Part shown: piece by piece, positions 9,141-18,037 of the stretch
Layout of the letters: the number at the start of each line of letters is the position of its first letter
Numbering within the stretch: the stretch's first letter is position 1
NCBI GenBank assembly: GCA_964445255.1
Contig: CAYUKM010000002.1
Coordinates: forward strand, 1 to 48,823
Length of the DNA stretch: 48,823 nucleotides
Direction of reading: 5' to 3'
Source of the DNA: an uncultured Acidimicrobiales bacterium
Lineage (GTDB): Bacteria > Actinomycetota > Acidimicrobiia > Acidimicrobiales > SHLQ01
Program-made: the position numbers and the translations under genes
Notes under the pieces: model-generated
Told to the model about the DNA's origin: nothing
The model's input: the letters and a program-made list of their open reading frames with translations, nothing else
Databases searched by the model: none

Positions 9141-9184
9141 GGCGGGCGCACCTGCGAGCTACACCGGCTACACCACTGCAGTGC

Positions 9185-9441
9185 CGTCTCTATCGCGTCG
9201 ACAATCCAGAGCGAGTGCGGAGCTGCGCCTTTGAGCGGGTGTTCATCGACGGCAAGCTCGACCGTGACGAAACGTTGGCCGACATTCGAGCACGAGTCAG
9301 GGCATCGTGTTGGCCTTCAAGGATCCGTTCGATCCCTGCTGGGCTGATTGGACATGTCACAAGGGAACCGAGCACATGTGTCGCATCGCCTCACGCGCCG
9401 GACTGCCCGTGTACCTCAACGGCTCGAACCGCTTGGCGTGA
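9185..9441 (+). pseudogene. Coding-like, frame-shifted remnant of unknown family
   Basis: High third-position GC appears in one frame at about 9185-9297 (LYRVDNPERVRSCAFERVFIDGKLDRDETLADIRARV). It then appears in the +1-shifted frame at 9268-9441 (GIVLAFKDPFDP...RIASRAGLPVYLNGSNRLA*). No single intact ORF with a start spans both parts. Confidence 0.25.
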
Positions 9442-9442
9442 T

Positions 9443-12259
9443 TTACAGTCCGAACTCGAAATAGCCGGCGCAATGCAGCCATTCGCTGCGCTTGTTGCCC
9501 GGGCCGCAACCGCCAACGGCGTCCCAGGTTCCGGTGGAAAAGACTGCTGAGCTTTCGGTCTGCATGACCTCGCCGTCGACCCGTAGGAAGTCGATGCGTA
9601 CGTTGCGGTCGACGCTGGGGCTGACCAGGTCGTTGACGAACTCCAGTCGAATGGACTCCGGCTCAGCACCAAGGTGCTCGTGGGAGTAGATCTCCATCGA
9701 CGACGTAAGCGAGAAGGTCTCGACGGTTTCGCCATCGATCTGCAGCTCCACTTGTTCCTGGCCGGTACTTCCCAACGCTCGGAATTCAACGGAGGTCCTT
9801 GGTGAGTCGCCGGTCGTTGGCGGGCCCGCCGACCCTTGGTCGACACCGCCATCGTCTGCGTATTGGAACCAACCGTTACATGCGAGGAACTCGGTGTTGA
9901 AAGTTCCTTCTCGGCATCGAGAGCCATTCGCCCAACTGCCCAACGACCGAACGGTTGGGTGTTCAGAGTCGAACCGTTGATCGCCCGCAGTGACATGATC
10001 GATCCAGACGTTGCGATCGACACCGTTGTGCGTCCCGTCATTGGTGAACCGAACTCGGATCTGCGAGCCCGACACTGGAGATGGGTGCGTGTAGCCCTCC
10101 ACCGCGTCGGCGGTGCTCGCGATCCACGAGTGCACTTCGACCCCGTCGATCTCCAGGCGAAGTTGTTCGGTGCCCGTGGTGCCGCGAGCGGTCACGGTGA
10201 TCTCACGTGCATCCCCTTCAGTAGGAGGGTCTGTATCGCCGGGATTAGGCGACGGAATCGAAGGTCCGCCAGCGGGCGTCACCCGAAGAATTGCGTCTCG
10301 GCGCAGATCTTCATTGCCGGAACCGGAATTCGATGTCGTCAGATACAACGCACCATCTGGGCCACGTATCGCAGACCGGAGTCGACCAAATTCACTGTTG
10401 CCGAGTTCAGCCGGGATCGCCTGCGTGACGATCCGCCCATCGCTGTCGAAGGTGAAGATGTGTAGCCGTTGATCTTTGAGCGTCGTCATTACGAGCGAAC
10501 CGTCGAGTTCCCCCCAGTGTTCGCCGGTGAGGAATTCGATGTCGCCGGGAGCCACGGTGACGTCCCCGGAGTTCCATCGTGCCGGAATAACCCCGGGGAG
10601 CGACAGGTCGGTCATGGCTCGGCCGAGTTCGTCGTAGACGGTCGGCCCTTCCGGACCGACAGGATCCCATCCATAGTTGCCGCCCGGCGAAAGCGCGTTG
10701 ATCTCATCTTCGATATCCGGGCCATGCTCGGAAATCCATGCCGTGCCGGTTACCGGGTGAAACGCCAGACCCTGCGGGTTGCGGTGGCCGAGCGTGAAGA
10801 TCCGTCCGTCGAGTTCGACGAAGTCCGAGCCGTTGTCGGGATGCCCAGCTCCGGTGGCTGGATCGATCCGCAGCACCTTTCCGTGAAGCGAGTTGGGGTC
10901 CTGAGGTGTGCTGGCAACAAAGTCATCCCCGAAGGTCGCTAGCAAGAAGCCTTCGGTGTCGAACCCAAGTCGACATCCAGAGTGTATGGCACTGCGTTCG
11001 ATGTCTACGAGGTTCCCGACTCTCGTCGCCGAGGAGTAGTTGGCCGAGAGCTGCCAGGCCACGACCTGCTGGCGAGCCGGCGAGTCCTGCCCTTGGCAGG
11101 TGTAGATGCGTCGGTTCGTCTCAAAGTCGGGGTCGACTGCCACGCCTAGGAGACCTGAGGTGCCAAGACCAATGTTTGAGAAGTCGGCATCGACGCTGGT
11201 GACGCCTTCGGTTGTCAGTATCCCAATCCGTCCGAGACGTTCGGTGAAGAGCAACTCGCCTGTTGGGAGAAAGTCGATCCCCCATGGGTTGGTGAGATCT
11301 GCTGTAACGACCTCTACATCGAGTGCCGGAGCGTCGATGATCGGCACGTCGACCGCAGGTGCATCGACGACAGGGTCACCTGGGTCTACGGGACCAGGCG
11401 CGGCGACAACCCCGCTCGGCAATTGGAACCAGCCATCACAGGCCAACGTGCGGTTTCCGAAGAAGCCTTGTCCGCACTCTGCGCCGTTGCGCCAGGTACC
11501 GAGCGATTCAATCCTCGGATCCGTCGTTTCGTAGATGACCGTGTCGACCTCGACCTGGTCAATCAGCACGTTTCGGTCGACCCCTTGGAACGGTCCGTCA
11601 TTGGTGAAGGCGACCCGAACTCGGTCATGGTCGACCGGTTCGGGCAGCGTGAACACGAAGGGTTCGGTTTCGGTCTGCGAAGCCCATACGTTGCCGACCG
11701 AAGTCACTCGGCGAGTCGCGACGCTCGTTTCATCGATCTGTAGTTCAAGGTTCTCGGTACCGGTTGAACCGGTGGCGTGAACGGTGATCACCGAACCATC
11801 AGGTTCACCACCAAAGTGCAGAAACCCCGAGCAAAGCAGCGCTTCACTCGACGCCGGGCCGTTTGTGCAGCCGGTATCGGAGGTCCACTTGCCGGTAGAC
11901 CAGACGTCACTCGACTCGCCCTGACGTCGCTGCCCGTCGAGTTCGACCCAGTCGACAAAGACATTGCGGTCGACAGGCTCGTGTCGATTGTTGATGAAGC
12001 CGACCGAGAACTCCTCGATTGGAACCTCGGCAGGAACCGCGACTTCGATCTCTTGCCAGCTAGTCGAGACAGCAAAGTCGGCGACGACAGTATTGCCGAG
12101 TCGCACTTGCATCAGCTCTTCGCCGGTGGAGCCGCGCGCTCGAATCGACATCGCCTGATCGTCCGTCTGGCCCATCGCTGCAGATGCCGCCACCGCTGAC
12201 AGAAATAGAGAAACGAGAAGGGCCACAACGAAGCCTCGTTGCGTCGTCGCCTTTGGCAT
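9443..12259 (-). CDS. Secreted PQQ-dependent sugar dehydrogenase (sGDH/YliI-like beta-propeller) flanked by 2+2 CBM-like modules
   Basis: ATG 12259 (MPKATTQRGFVVALLVSLFLSAVAASAAMG, signal peptide) lies behind AAAGGTGGG; the ORF-track GTG 12268 is the alternative start. The central domain shows PWGIDFLPTGELLFTERLGRIG, HSGCRLGFD, HGKVLRIDP, GHRNPQGLAFHP and EHGPDIEDEINALSPGGNYGW. Four ~110-aa repeats share G(S/T)TG, F.N(D/N) and VDRNV.ID, plus a C-terminal W...C...C.G(F/W/Y)F pattern. Confidence 0.9.
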   Translation of the reverse strand: MPKATTQRGFVVALLVSLFLSAVAASAAMGQTDDQAMSIRARGSTGEELMQVRLGNTVVADFAVSTSWQEIEVAVPAEVPIEEFSVGFINNRHEPVDRNVFVDWVELDGQRRQGESSDVWSTGKWTSDTGCTNGPASSEALLCSGFLHFGGEPDGSVITVHATGSTGTENLELQIDETSVATRRVTSVGNVWASQTETEPFVFTLPEPVDHDRVRVAFTNDGPFQGVDRNVLIDQVEVDTVIYETTDPRIESLGTWRNGAECGQGFFGNRTLACDGWFQLPSGVVAAPGPVDPGDPVVDAPAVDVPIIDAPALDVEVVTADLTNPWGIDFLPTGELLFTERLGRIGILTTEGVTSVDADFSNIGLGTSGLLGVAVDPDFETNRRIYTCQGQDSPARQQVVAWQLSANYSSATRVGNLVDIERSAIHSGCRLGFDTEGFLLATFGDDFVASTPQDPNSLHGKVLRIDPATGAGHPDNGSDFVELDGRIFTLGHRNPQGLAFHPVTGTAWISEHGPDIEDEINALSPGGNYGWDPVGPEGPTVYDELGRAMTDLSLPGVIPARWNSGDVTVAPGDIEFLTGEHWGELDGSLVMTTLKDQRLHIFTFDSDGRIVTQAIPAELGNSEFGRLRSAIRGPDGALYLTTSNSGSGNEDLRRDAILRVTPAGGPSIPSPNPGDTDPPTEGDAREITVTARGTTGTEQLRLEIDGVEVHSWIASTADAVEGYTHPSPVSGSQIRVRFTNDGTHNGVDRNVWIDHVTAGDQRFDSEHPTVRSLGSWANGSRCREGTFNTEFLACNGWFQYADDGGVDQGSAGPPTTGDSPRTSVEFRALGSTGQEQVELQIDGETVETFSLTSSMEIYSHEHLGAEPESIRLEFVNDLVSPSVDRNVRIDFLRVDGEVMQTESSAVFSTGTWDAVGGCGPGNKRSEWLHCAGYFEFGL

Positions 12260-12332
12260 CACGCCCACCTTTCGCCTGAATAGTTTCCAGTCGGCGAAAA
12301 TTGGGTGTTTTTGAGCTGAAGCGGCTCCTGAT

Positions 12333-13994
12333 CTACAGGCCGAAGCCTTCGTAGGCCCGCTCGGCTTCGCTCATTTCGCCGAAGGCGGCGTTCATGAAGT
12401 TCACGATGGCGTCGCCCCAGTTCTCGTCGGCGGCACTGCCGCCGCCGTCGTTGATGCACAGCGTGAGGGGCAACTGGTGGTCAGAGCCGTTGTTCATTGC
12501 GCCGAGGAAAGACTTGAACGATGCCTGGTAGGGCTTGGCCACGTTGATCAACGAGATATTGGGGTAGTCCATGACGGCGTTGCCGGTTAGGTAGGCGAAG
12601 CTCGGGTACATAAACGACGTCGGCGAGATATCGGTGACAGCACGGAAGCGGTTGCTTCGGGTGACTTCGTAGGCCTCTGGGAAGGTGGCTTCGCACTGTT
12701 GGATGACCGACAAGCGAACCGACTGCGGGGAGTGGGTGTGCAGCTTGGTGACCGTTTTGCCGAATTCGTCCTGCAACAAGCGCTGCACGTTTCGGGCAGC
12801 GTTGATGTAGTCGGGTGCTTCAGGGTCGATGTCGCCGTGAACCATGCCGTAGGGCTCGGGCCGGATCTTGGCCAGGCCGTTGGGCATGAAGAAGTCCGAC
12901 TTCTTCACCGGCTTCAACAAGAAGAGATCGTCGTTGAAGTAGAGGAAGTGTTCGGCAAGACCGGGAATTTTGTGGATCGAGGCCTCGATGGCATGGGAAC
13001 TGAAGGTCGGCAGGTGCTTCTCGTCGATAATTTCTTCGTGGTACACCCAGCGCACTCGCTCGTTGGTTTCGTCGAACCAGTCCGGTGGCTTGCAGTTCGT
13101 GACGATGTAGACCGTGCGCACCCAGGGGGCGTACTTCAGTAGTGATCGGAGAGAGAATCGAAGCTCGTCTCGATTCATGAACCGATCGGAGTCGACTTCT
13201 TCTCCGTCTTCGTCGACCTCGGTCTCGGTTCGGACGACCGGTTGGCCGGTGTGGTCAGCTAGGAGCTGTTGCCACTGAGGATCGTCGAAGTTGACCCACG
13301 TGTACACGACATCGACTTCGAAGTCGCACTCTTCGGCCAACGGTGCCGAGTACAACTCTTCGAGCATGTTGCCCGGTGTCTCGAGGAACTTCTTCGCCGA
13401 TGGACTGTCGAGGTAAATCTTGCGGGTGATGGGGTTGGAGCGTGGAGCGACAAGAACGTCGTCTTCGATCTGCCAGCTCTCCAAGTTGATGGCGAGCTCG
13501 TTTTGGTAAGACACCAAACGAAGCTCAACCCACTGTCGCGCTTGCACATCACGCAGCAGCTGCGCGTAATTCGAAACGATGATTGGGGTGCCCTCGTGCA
13601 CATAGGCGACCTGCAGGTTGGATTGCACAGCCACGGCGAGGACGGAATCAACGAGGGCTCGATAGTTGTGCGACGGCGCACACAGCGACGGGGTCGTGTT
13701 CTCCGGTGCGATCGCGAAGTAGGACTTGAGCGCGGGGTCCCCGACCTCTGCGACGCGGCGACGGAGCCAGCTGATCGTGAGGAAGTCGGGAACGTTGTTT
13801 GACGCGACGTAGTGACGACGAATCTCGGCGAGCTTGTCGGGCGAGTCGACGATCGACGTGGCAACCGAGACTTCGCCCCTGTCCTTCGCGGAGAGGTATC
13901 GGCCCCACAGGTCATCAAGGATTGGCTTGGGTACGACAGCCCTCGTTAGGTCCTTCGCTTTGGCGACCAACCGGTCTTTATCATCACTATTCAT
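12333..13994 (-). CDS. Stealth-family hexose-1-phosphoryl transferase (CpsY/SacB/XcbA-like)
   Basis: Conserved Stealth regions are present: VDVVYTWVNFDDPQW (CR1), RDELRFSLRSLLKYAPWVRTVYIVTN (CR2), HLPTFSSHAIEASIH (CR3) and YFNDDLFLL. The start is taken at MNSDDKDRL (ATG 13994, AGGTG upstream). The longer track ORF would overlap the upstream gene. Confidence 0.87.
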   Translation of the reverse strand: MNSDDKDRLVAKAKDLTRAVVPKPILDDLWGRYLSAKDRGEVSVATSIVDSPDKLAEIRRHYVASNNVPDFLTISWLRRRVAEVGDPALKSYFAIAPENTTPSLCAPSHNYRALVDSVLAVAVQSNLQVAYVHEGTPIIVSNYAQLLRDVQARQWVELRLVSYQNELAINLESWQIEDDVLVAPRSNPITRKIYLDSPSAKKFLETPGNMLEELYSAPLAEECDFEVDVVYTWVNFDDPQWQQLLADHTGQPVVRTETEVDEDGEEVDSDRFMNRDELRFSLRSLLKYAPWVRTVYIVTNCKPPDWFDETNERVRWVYHEEIIDEKHLPTFSSHAIEASIHKIPGLAEHFLYFNDDLFLLKPVKKSDFFMPNGLAKIRPEPYGMVHGDIDPEAPDYINAARNVQRLLQDEFGKTVTKLHTHSPQSVRLSVIQQCEATFPEAYEVTRSNRFRAVTDISPTSFMYPSFAYLTGNAVMDYPNISLINVAKPYQASFKSFLGAMNNGSDHQLPLTLCINDGGGSAADENWGDAIVNFMNAAFGEMSEAERAYEGFGL

Positions 13995-14176
13995 CAAACA
14001 CCTGCAGGCCGAAATCCTAAGCCAATCAACCCTGTCGGCCAAATGTCGTCGCGAGTTATCTGACACTTTTGTGGTCAGTCGGCAATAGTGACGACCCTCG
14101 CCCACAGGCGCTATTCGGCTAGCGACACCCGACGAGTACGACCGCGGACGAATCGAGTCGTTGGAAATCGAGTGAA

Positions 14177-14866
14177 CTACGACCCGAGACCAGACATGGT
14201 CCTGGCCAGCGACGCAATCGTGCCAAGCCGGTGCTGCACTTCCTGGAGGTCGCCAGAAAATGGTGCTCTGACCCCGAGATAGATCTCGTAATTCGAAATC
14301 TCGACGTATGTCCAATCTCTCGCGAGGTCAGAAATTGCGCGTTGGAGAGGTTCGGTCAGGTAGGCCCTGAGTCCTTGCTCGTCATCACCTCGCACGGGAA
14401 ACGACTTCGCGAATTCACCCTGACCGACATCAACACCCGGCGGCTCTTTGTCTCGTGGGTTCCTTTCGCCGGGAAAGGCACCGAGTTTCTTTCCTTTACG
14501 AATGACGAAGGGCGGGCCCTGAATTTCGATTCTCGCCGAGTAGTAGGTTCGCTTGCGGCTGTCATCCTCGATCTGTTCCCAAACCGAAATCGCCACCCCG
14601 TCCCAAACACCTGACATCCCTGAAGACCCCATACCCGAGGCCGCCTTACCAAAGGCGCTCACGATCGGGATGTTGCTCTCGACTGCACCAGCGAGCGAAC
14701 CGGGCGGCTTGGGGTTGATCTCACGCGCGTGAAACCCGACCGAAGGAGCAACCGAATCGAAGTTGCCAGCCGAACGCTGTTTCTGATTCCGGTGAGACCC
14801 CATCGCTGCATTGATCATGAACAGAGCACCCAACACGAAGAGAATTCCGACGACCAGGCTCAACAT
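14177..14866 (-). CDS. Membrane-anchored hypothetical protein (single N-terminal TM)
   Basis: 229 aa, beginning MLSLVVGILFVLGALFMINAA. A strong GGGAGG lies upstream of ATG 14866. No family recognised with confidence. Confidence 0.75.
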   Translation of the reverse strand: MLSLVVGILFVLGALFMINAAMGSHRNQKQRSAGNFDSVAPSVGFHAREINPKPPGSLAGAVESNIPIVSAFGKAASGMGSSGMSGVWDGVAISVWEQIEDDSRKRTYYSARIEIQGPPFVIRKGKKLGAFPGERNPRDKEPPGVDVGQGEFAKSFPVRGDDEQGLRAYLTEPLQRAISDLARDWTYVEISNYEIYLGVRAPFSGDLQEVQHRLGTIASLARTMSGLGS

Positions 14867-14984
14867 CTCAATCCTCCCTCTCGGTCATCGCCGAGGCTCG
14901 CACGATGCACCTCAGCACGTACCGTAGTTCTCAAGCGCTGCGTACCGACCACCTGCGCGCAGGGGTCTCCGGTACCGTTCATAC

Positions 14985-16889
14985 ATGAGCGCAACCGCCC
15001 CAGAAGAGACCTCAGCCGAGTCGGCCGAGACCGAGGGGTCGTTCACGTGGGGTCGCCTGATCAGCCTGTTCTCACCGCATCGGTTCCGCGTGCTCCTCGT
15101 CATCATCGTGGTGTTGGTAAGCGCCGGGCTGGGCATCGTGAACCCACTCCTCACCCAGCGCGTGTTCGACGACGCTCTGTTCCCTGGCACAGGTTCGCCG
15201 AACGTGGGGCTGTTGACCACGTTGATCGCGATCATGTTGTCGATCGCTTTGTTGAGCGGCGTCACCGGCGTGGCCCAGACGATCCTCACGAACCGGCTTG
15301 GCCAAACGGTTCTGCGCGACCTGCGCGACGACCTCTACCAACACCTCCAGTCGTTGCCGCTGTCCTTCTTCGCCGGCGCACGTACCGGCGACTTGCAGTC
15401 TCGAATCACCAGCGATGTTGGCGGCGTGCAAACAGCGGTCACCACCACGCTGTCGAACATCTTGTGGAATGGCGTGGCCTTCATCAGCGCGTTGATCGCG
15501 ATGATCGTGCTGTCCCCCGCGTTGACGGCGATCACTCTTGCGACCGTGCCGGTCTTCTTGTTGGCCACTCGCTGGGTGGGCCGCAAACGTGAGAAGCTCA
15601 CCGCCGAGGCCCAAGCCGCCACCGCGGAGATGAGCGTGGTCACCCAGGAGACGCTGTCGGTGTCGGGTATCACGCTGGCCAAACTCTTCGGCCGCCAGCA
15701 CCACGAGATCCAACGGTTCACCACTGCCAACTGGCGGTTGGCCGATGTTACGAGTCGTCAACAAGCGATCGGTCAGGGGTTCTTCACCGTGATCCTCGTG
15801 TTCTTGGGCGCAGCGCCGATCCTCGTGTTCCTCGTGGCCGGGCTGTTATTGAACGGAGGTGGCAGCGGACTGACGGCAGGCACGATCGTTGCGGTCACCA
15901 CCTTGCAGAACCGGCTGTTCTTCCCGGTGGCTCGCCTGCTGGAGACGATCGTGCAATTGCAGTCGTCGAGGGCGATGTTCCGCCGGATCTTCGAATACCT
16001 CGACACCGAACCGGAGATCATCGAGGCCGACAACCCCGTCGACCTCGCGCCCGACTCGGTCGAGGGCCTAGTTCGCTTCGACGACGTGACCTTCCGCTAC
16101 GACGGCACGTCGACCGCCGCGGCGCCGTCGCTCGAGCAGTTCTCGATGGACGCTCGCCCCGGCATGTTGGTGGCGCTCGTCGGGCCATCGGGTGCGGGCA
16201 AGTCGACGGTGCTCAGCTTGATCGCCCGCCTCTACGACCCGACGACGGGGGTGGTGAGCATCGACGGTGTCGACCTGCGTGACCTGTCGTTCGCTTCGCT
16301 TTCGGACACGATCGGCTTCGTGACCCAGGAGAGCTACCTGTTCGCCGGTTCACTGCGCGACAACATCGCCTACGGCCGACCCGACGCCACTCTCGAAGAG
16401 GTTGAGCAAGCCGGTCGAGCCGCGGCGATCCATGACCGGATCATGGAGTTTGATGAGGGGTATGACACGGTGGTGGGCGAACGTGGTTTCCGGTTGTCGG
16501 GCGGCGAGCGTCAGCGTGTAGCGATCGCTCGGGTGCTGCTACATGACCCGCGGGTGTTGGTGCTCGACGAGGCGACCTCGGCGCTCGACACGGCAAGCGA
16601 GCGCAAGATCCAGTCGGCCCTCGGCGACTTGGTGGAGGGCCGCACCACGTTGGCGGTGGCGCACCGCTTGTCGACGATCCAATCGGCCGATGTGATCCAC
16701 GTGATTGACCACGGCCAGATCGTCGAGTCGGGCACCCACGACGAGCTCGTTGAGGCGGGCGGCGTGTACCGCACCCTCTACGACGAGCAATACGGTTCGG
16801 GCACGATCGAAACCCACTGCGCCGACGGCGTCATCATGGCCAACGGCGAATGGCGAAGCCACGATGTGGCGGCAGCGGGGTCTCGCTAA
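14985..16889 (+). CDS. ABC exporter, fused permease + ATPase (MsbA/type-I exporter-like)
   Basis: 634 aa with a 6-TM N-terminal half. Walker A is GPSGAGKST, the signature is [13 protein letters not shown], and Walker B is LVLDEATSALD. Confidence 0.93.
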   Translation: MSATAPEETSAESAETEGSFTWGRLISLFSPHRFRVLLVIIVVLVSAGLGIVNPLLTQRVFDDALFPGTGSPNVGLLTTLIAIMLSIALLSGVTGVAQTILTNRLGQTVLRDLRDDLYQHLQSLPLSFFAGARTGDLQSRITSDVGGVQTAVTTTLSNILWNGVAFISALIAMIVLSPALTAITLATVPVFLLATRWVGRKREKLTAEAQAATAEMSVVTQETLSVSGITLAKLFGRQHHEIQRFTTANWRLADVTSRQQAIGQGFFTVILVFLGAAPILVFLVAGLLLNGGGSGLTAGTIVAVTTLQNRLFFPVARLLETIVQLQSSRAMFRRIFEYLDTEPEIIEADNPVDLAPDSVEGLVRFDDVTFRYDGTSTAAAPSLEQFSMDARPGMLVALVGPSGAGKSTVLSLIARLYDPTTGVVSIDGVDLRDLSFASLSDTIGFVTQESYLFAGSLRDNIAYGRPDATLEEVEQAGRAAAIHDRIMEFDEGYDTVVGERGFRLSGGERQRVAIARVLLHDPRVLVLDEATSALDTASERKIQSALGDLVEGRTTLAVAHRLSTIQSADVIHVIDHGQIVESGTHDELVEAGGVYRTLYDEQYGSGTIETHCADGVIMANGEWRSHDVAAAGSR

Positions 16890-17600
16890 GAGGCGTGGGA
16901 CCGTTGTTGACCTCAGCTTCAGTCCGCGTCAGCGCACACCAGCGATGTGTATTCGCGCTGTAGTCGCTTGCGGCATCCACAATTTTCTGTAGGTGGCGTC
17001 GAGGCGGCGACACAGGATCGGGAGTCTAATGCGCGGAAATTTGGTCCAAGCGGTGCGACCCTTCGCGCATACGGTGGCTGGCCAGGCGATGAACATGACC
17101 GATGTTGGTAGGTCGAAGCAGCAGGTCAAGGACCACAGATGGTCTGCCCGTAGCCATTTGCTTGAGCGAAGCGGTGCGGAATTTCGATCTTTGGAGTGCT
17201 TGGGAGTTGTTTGGATCGTCAGTTCGAATCTCCAGAACGTGGCCCACTAAGGTAGTTCTATGGCGGGAACCAGTGGAATTGCGTCCGTTGTTGGCGACGA
17301 ATACGAGGTCTTGGGTGAGTTAGGCCGCCGAATCAGTTCCAGCTGAACTAGCTCATTCACTGGCTCGACCGTTTCCACATCCAACGACCCGCCCGCAAAT
17401 AGATAGGGCGCAAACCCAAACACCTGAGTCGGGTCCGTCAACGCACCATGACGCTCCACACATTTGTCATAAAACGACAACTCGCCACGCTAGACCTTTG
17501 GCCACTTCGAAAGTGCCATCGTGAACTTCCACAAACACCTGTCGCTTCACCTCGACTGAGGCGGATGGACATCGCGCTTGGCTCGTGGGAGCCTGCGGTA

Positions 17601-17993
17601 ATGGACCCATGGTTACGTGAAGTCATCGAGTTACACGACTACTTCGAGGCGTATTTCCTTGGAGAGGTCGACGGGCTGGACCGCGTCGAGTCGGCGCTCG
17701 CACCCGACTTCACGATGGCCGGGCCGAGCGGTTCCACCTCATCACGGGCCGAAACGATCGCCATGATCGAAGCCGGGCGCGCCCACACCGAATCGCTGAA
17801 GATGACCATCACCGAGCCGCAACTTCTCCTCGAAGACCACGCAACCCTGGTCGCCACCTATGTCGAGAACCAACAGTGGTCGGACGCGTCGAACCAACGG
17901 CTGACCACAGTCGTGTTCGGTAAGGACAGTTCGGCTCCCAACGGCCTGCTCTGGCGCAGGATCCACGAAACCTGGATCACGCCCGGGCCCTAA
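17601..17993 (+). CDS. NTF2-fold SnoaL-like/DUF4440-type small protein
   Basis: C-terminal part of ORF 17448..17993. The start is taken at MDPWLREVIELHDYFEAYFLG (ATG 17601, GGGAG 9 nt upstream); ATG 17565 is the alternative. The C-terminal LLWRRIHETW is typical of the fold. Confidence 0.65.
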   Translation: MDPWLREVIELHDYFEAYFLGEVDGLDRVESALAPDFTMAGPSGSTSSRAETIAMIEAGRAHTESLKMTITEPQLLLEDHATLVATYVENQQWSDASNQRLTTVVFGKDSSAPNGLLWRRIHETWITPGP

Positions 17994-18006
17994 CTATGCA
18001 CATGAA

Positions 18007-18027
18007 GCTGGGCCACGTAGGCCCAGC
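18007..18027. terminator. Hairpin between convergent genes (candidate bidirectional terminator)
   Basis: An 8-bp perfect stem pairs GCTGGGCC (18007-18014) with GGCCCAGC (18020-18027), with loop ACGTA. There is no clear T-tract on either side. Confidence 0.4.
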
Positions 18028-18037
18028 CAGTCAAACC

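Noticed and set aside
13995-14315. Longest version of the Stealth ORF (start 14315)
   Set aside because: It would overlap the upstream gene 14177..14866 by 139 nt in a different frame. Its N-terminal 107 residues are Arg/Ser/Trp-rich non-protein-like sequence. ATG 13994 has an AGGTG SD.
17150-17246. Possible tRNA gene (T-loop-like GTTCGAATC followed by an acceptor-like tail)
   Set aside because: The bases 5' of the loop (GTCAG) do not pair with CTCCA. No complementary acceptor 5' strand, D-arm or anticodon arm can be drawn in the preceding 75 nt. It is kept only as a possible att-like fragment.
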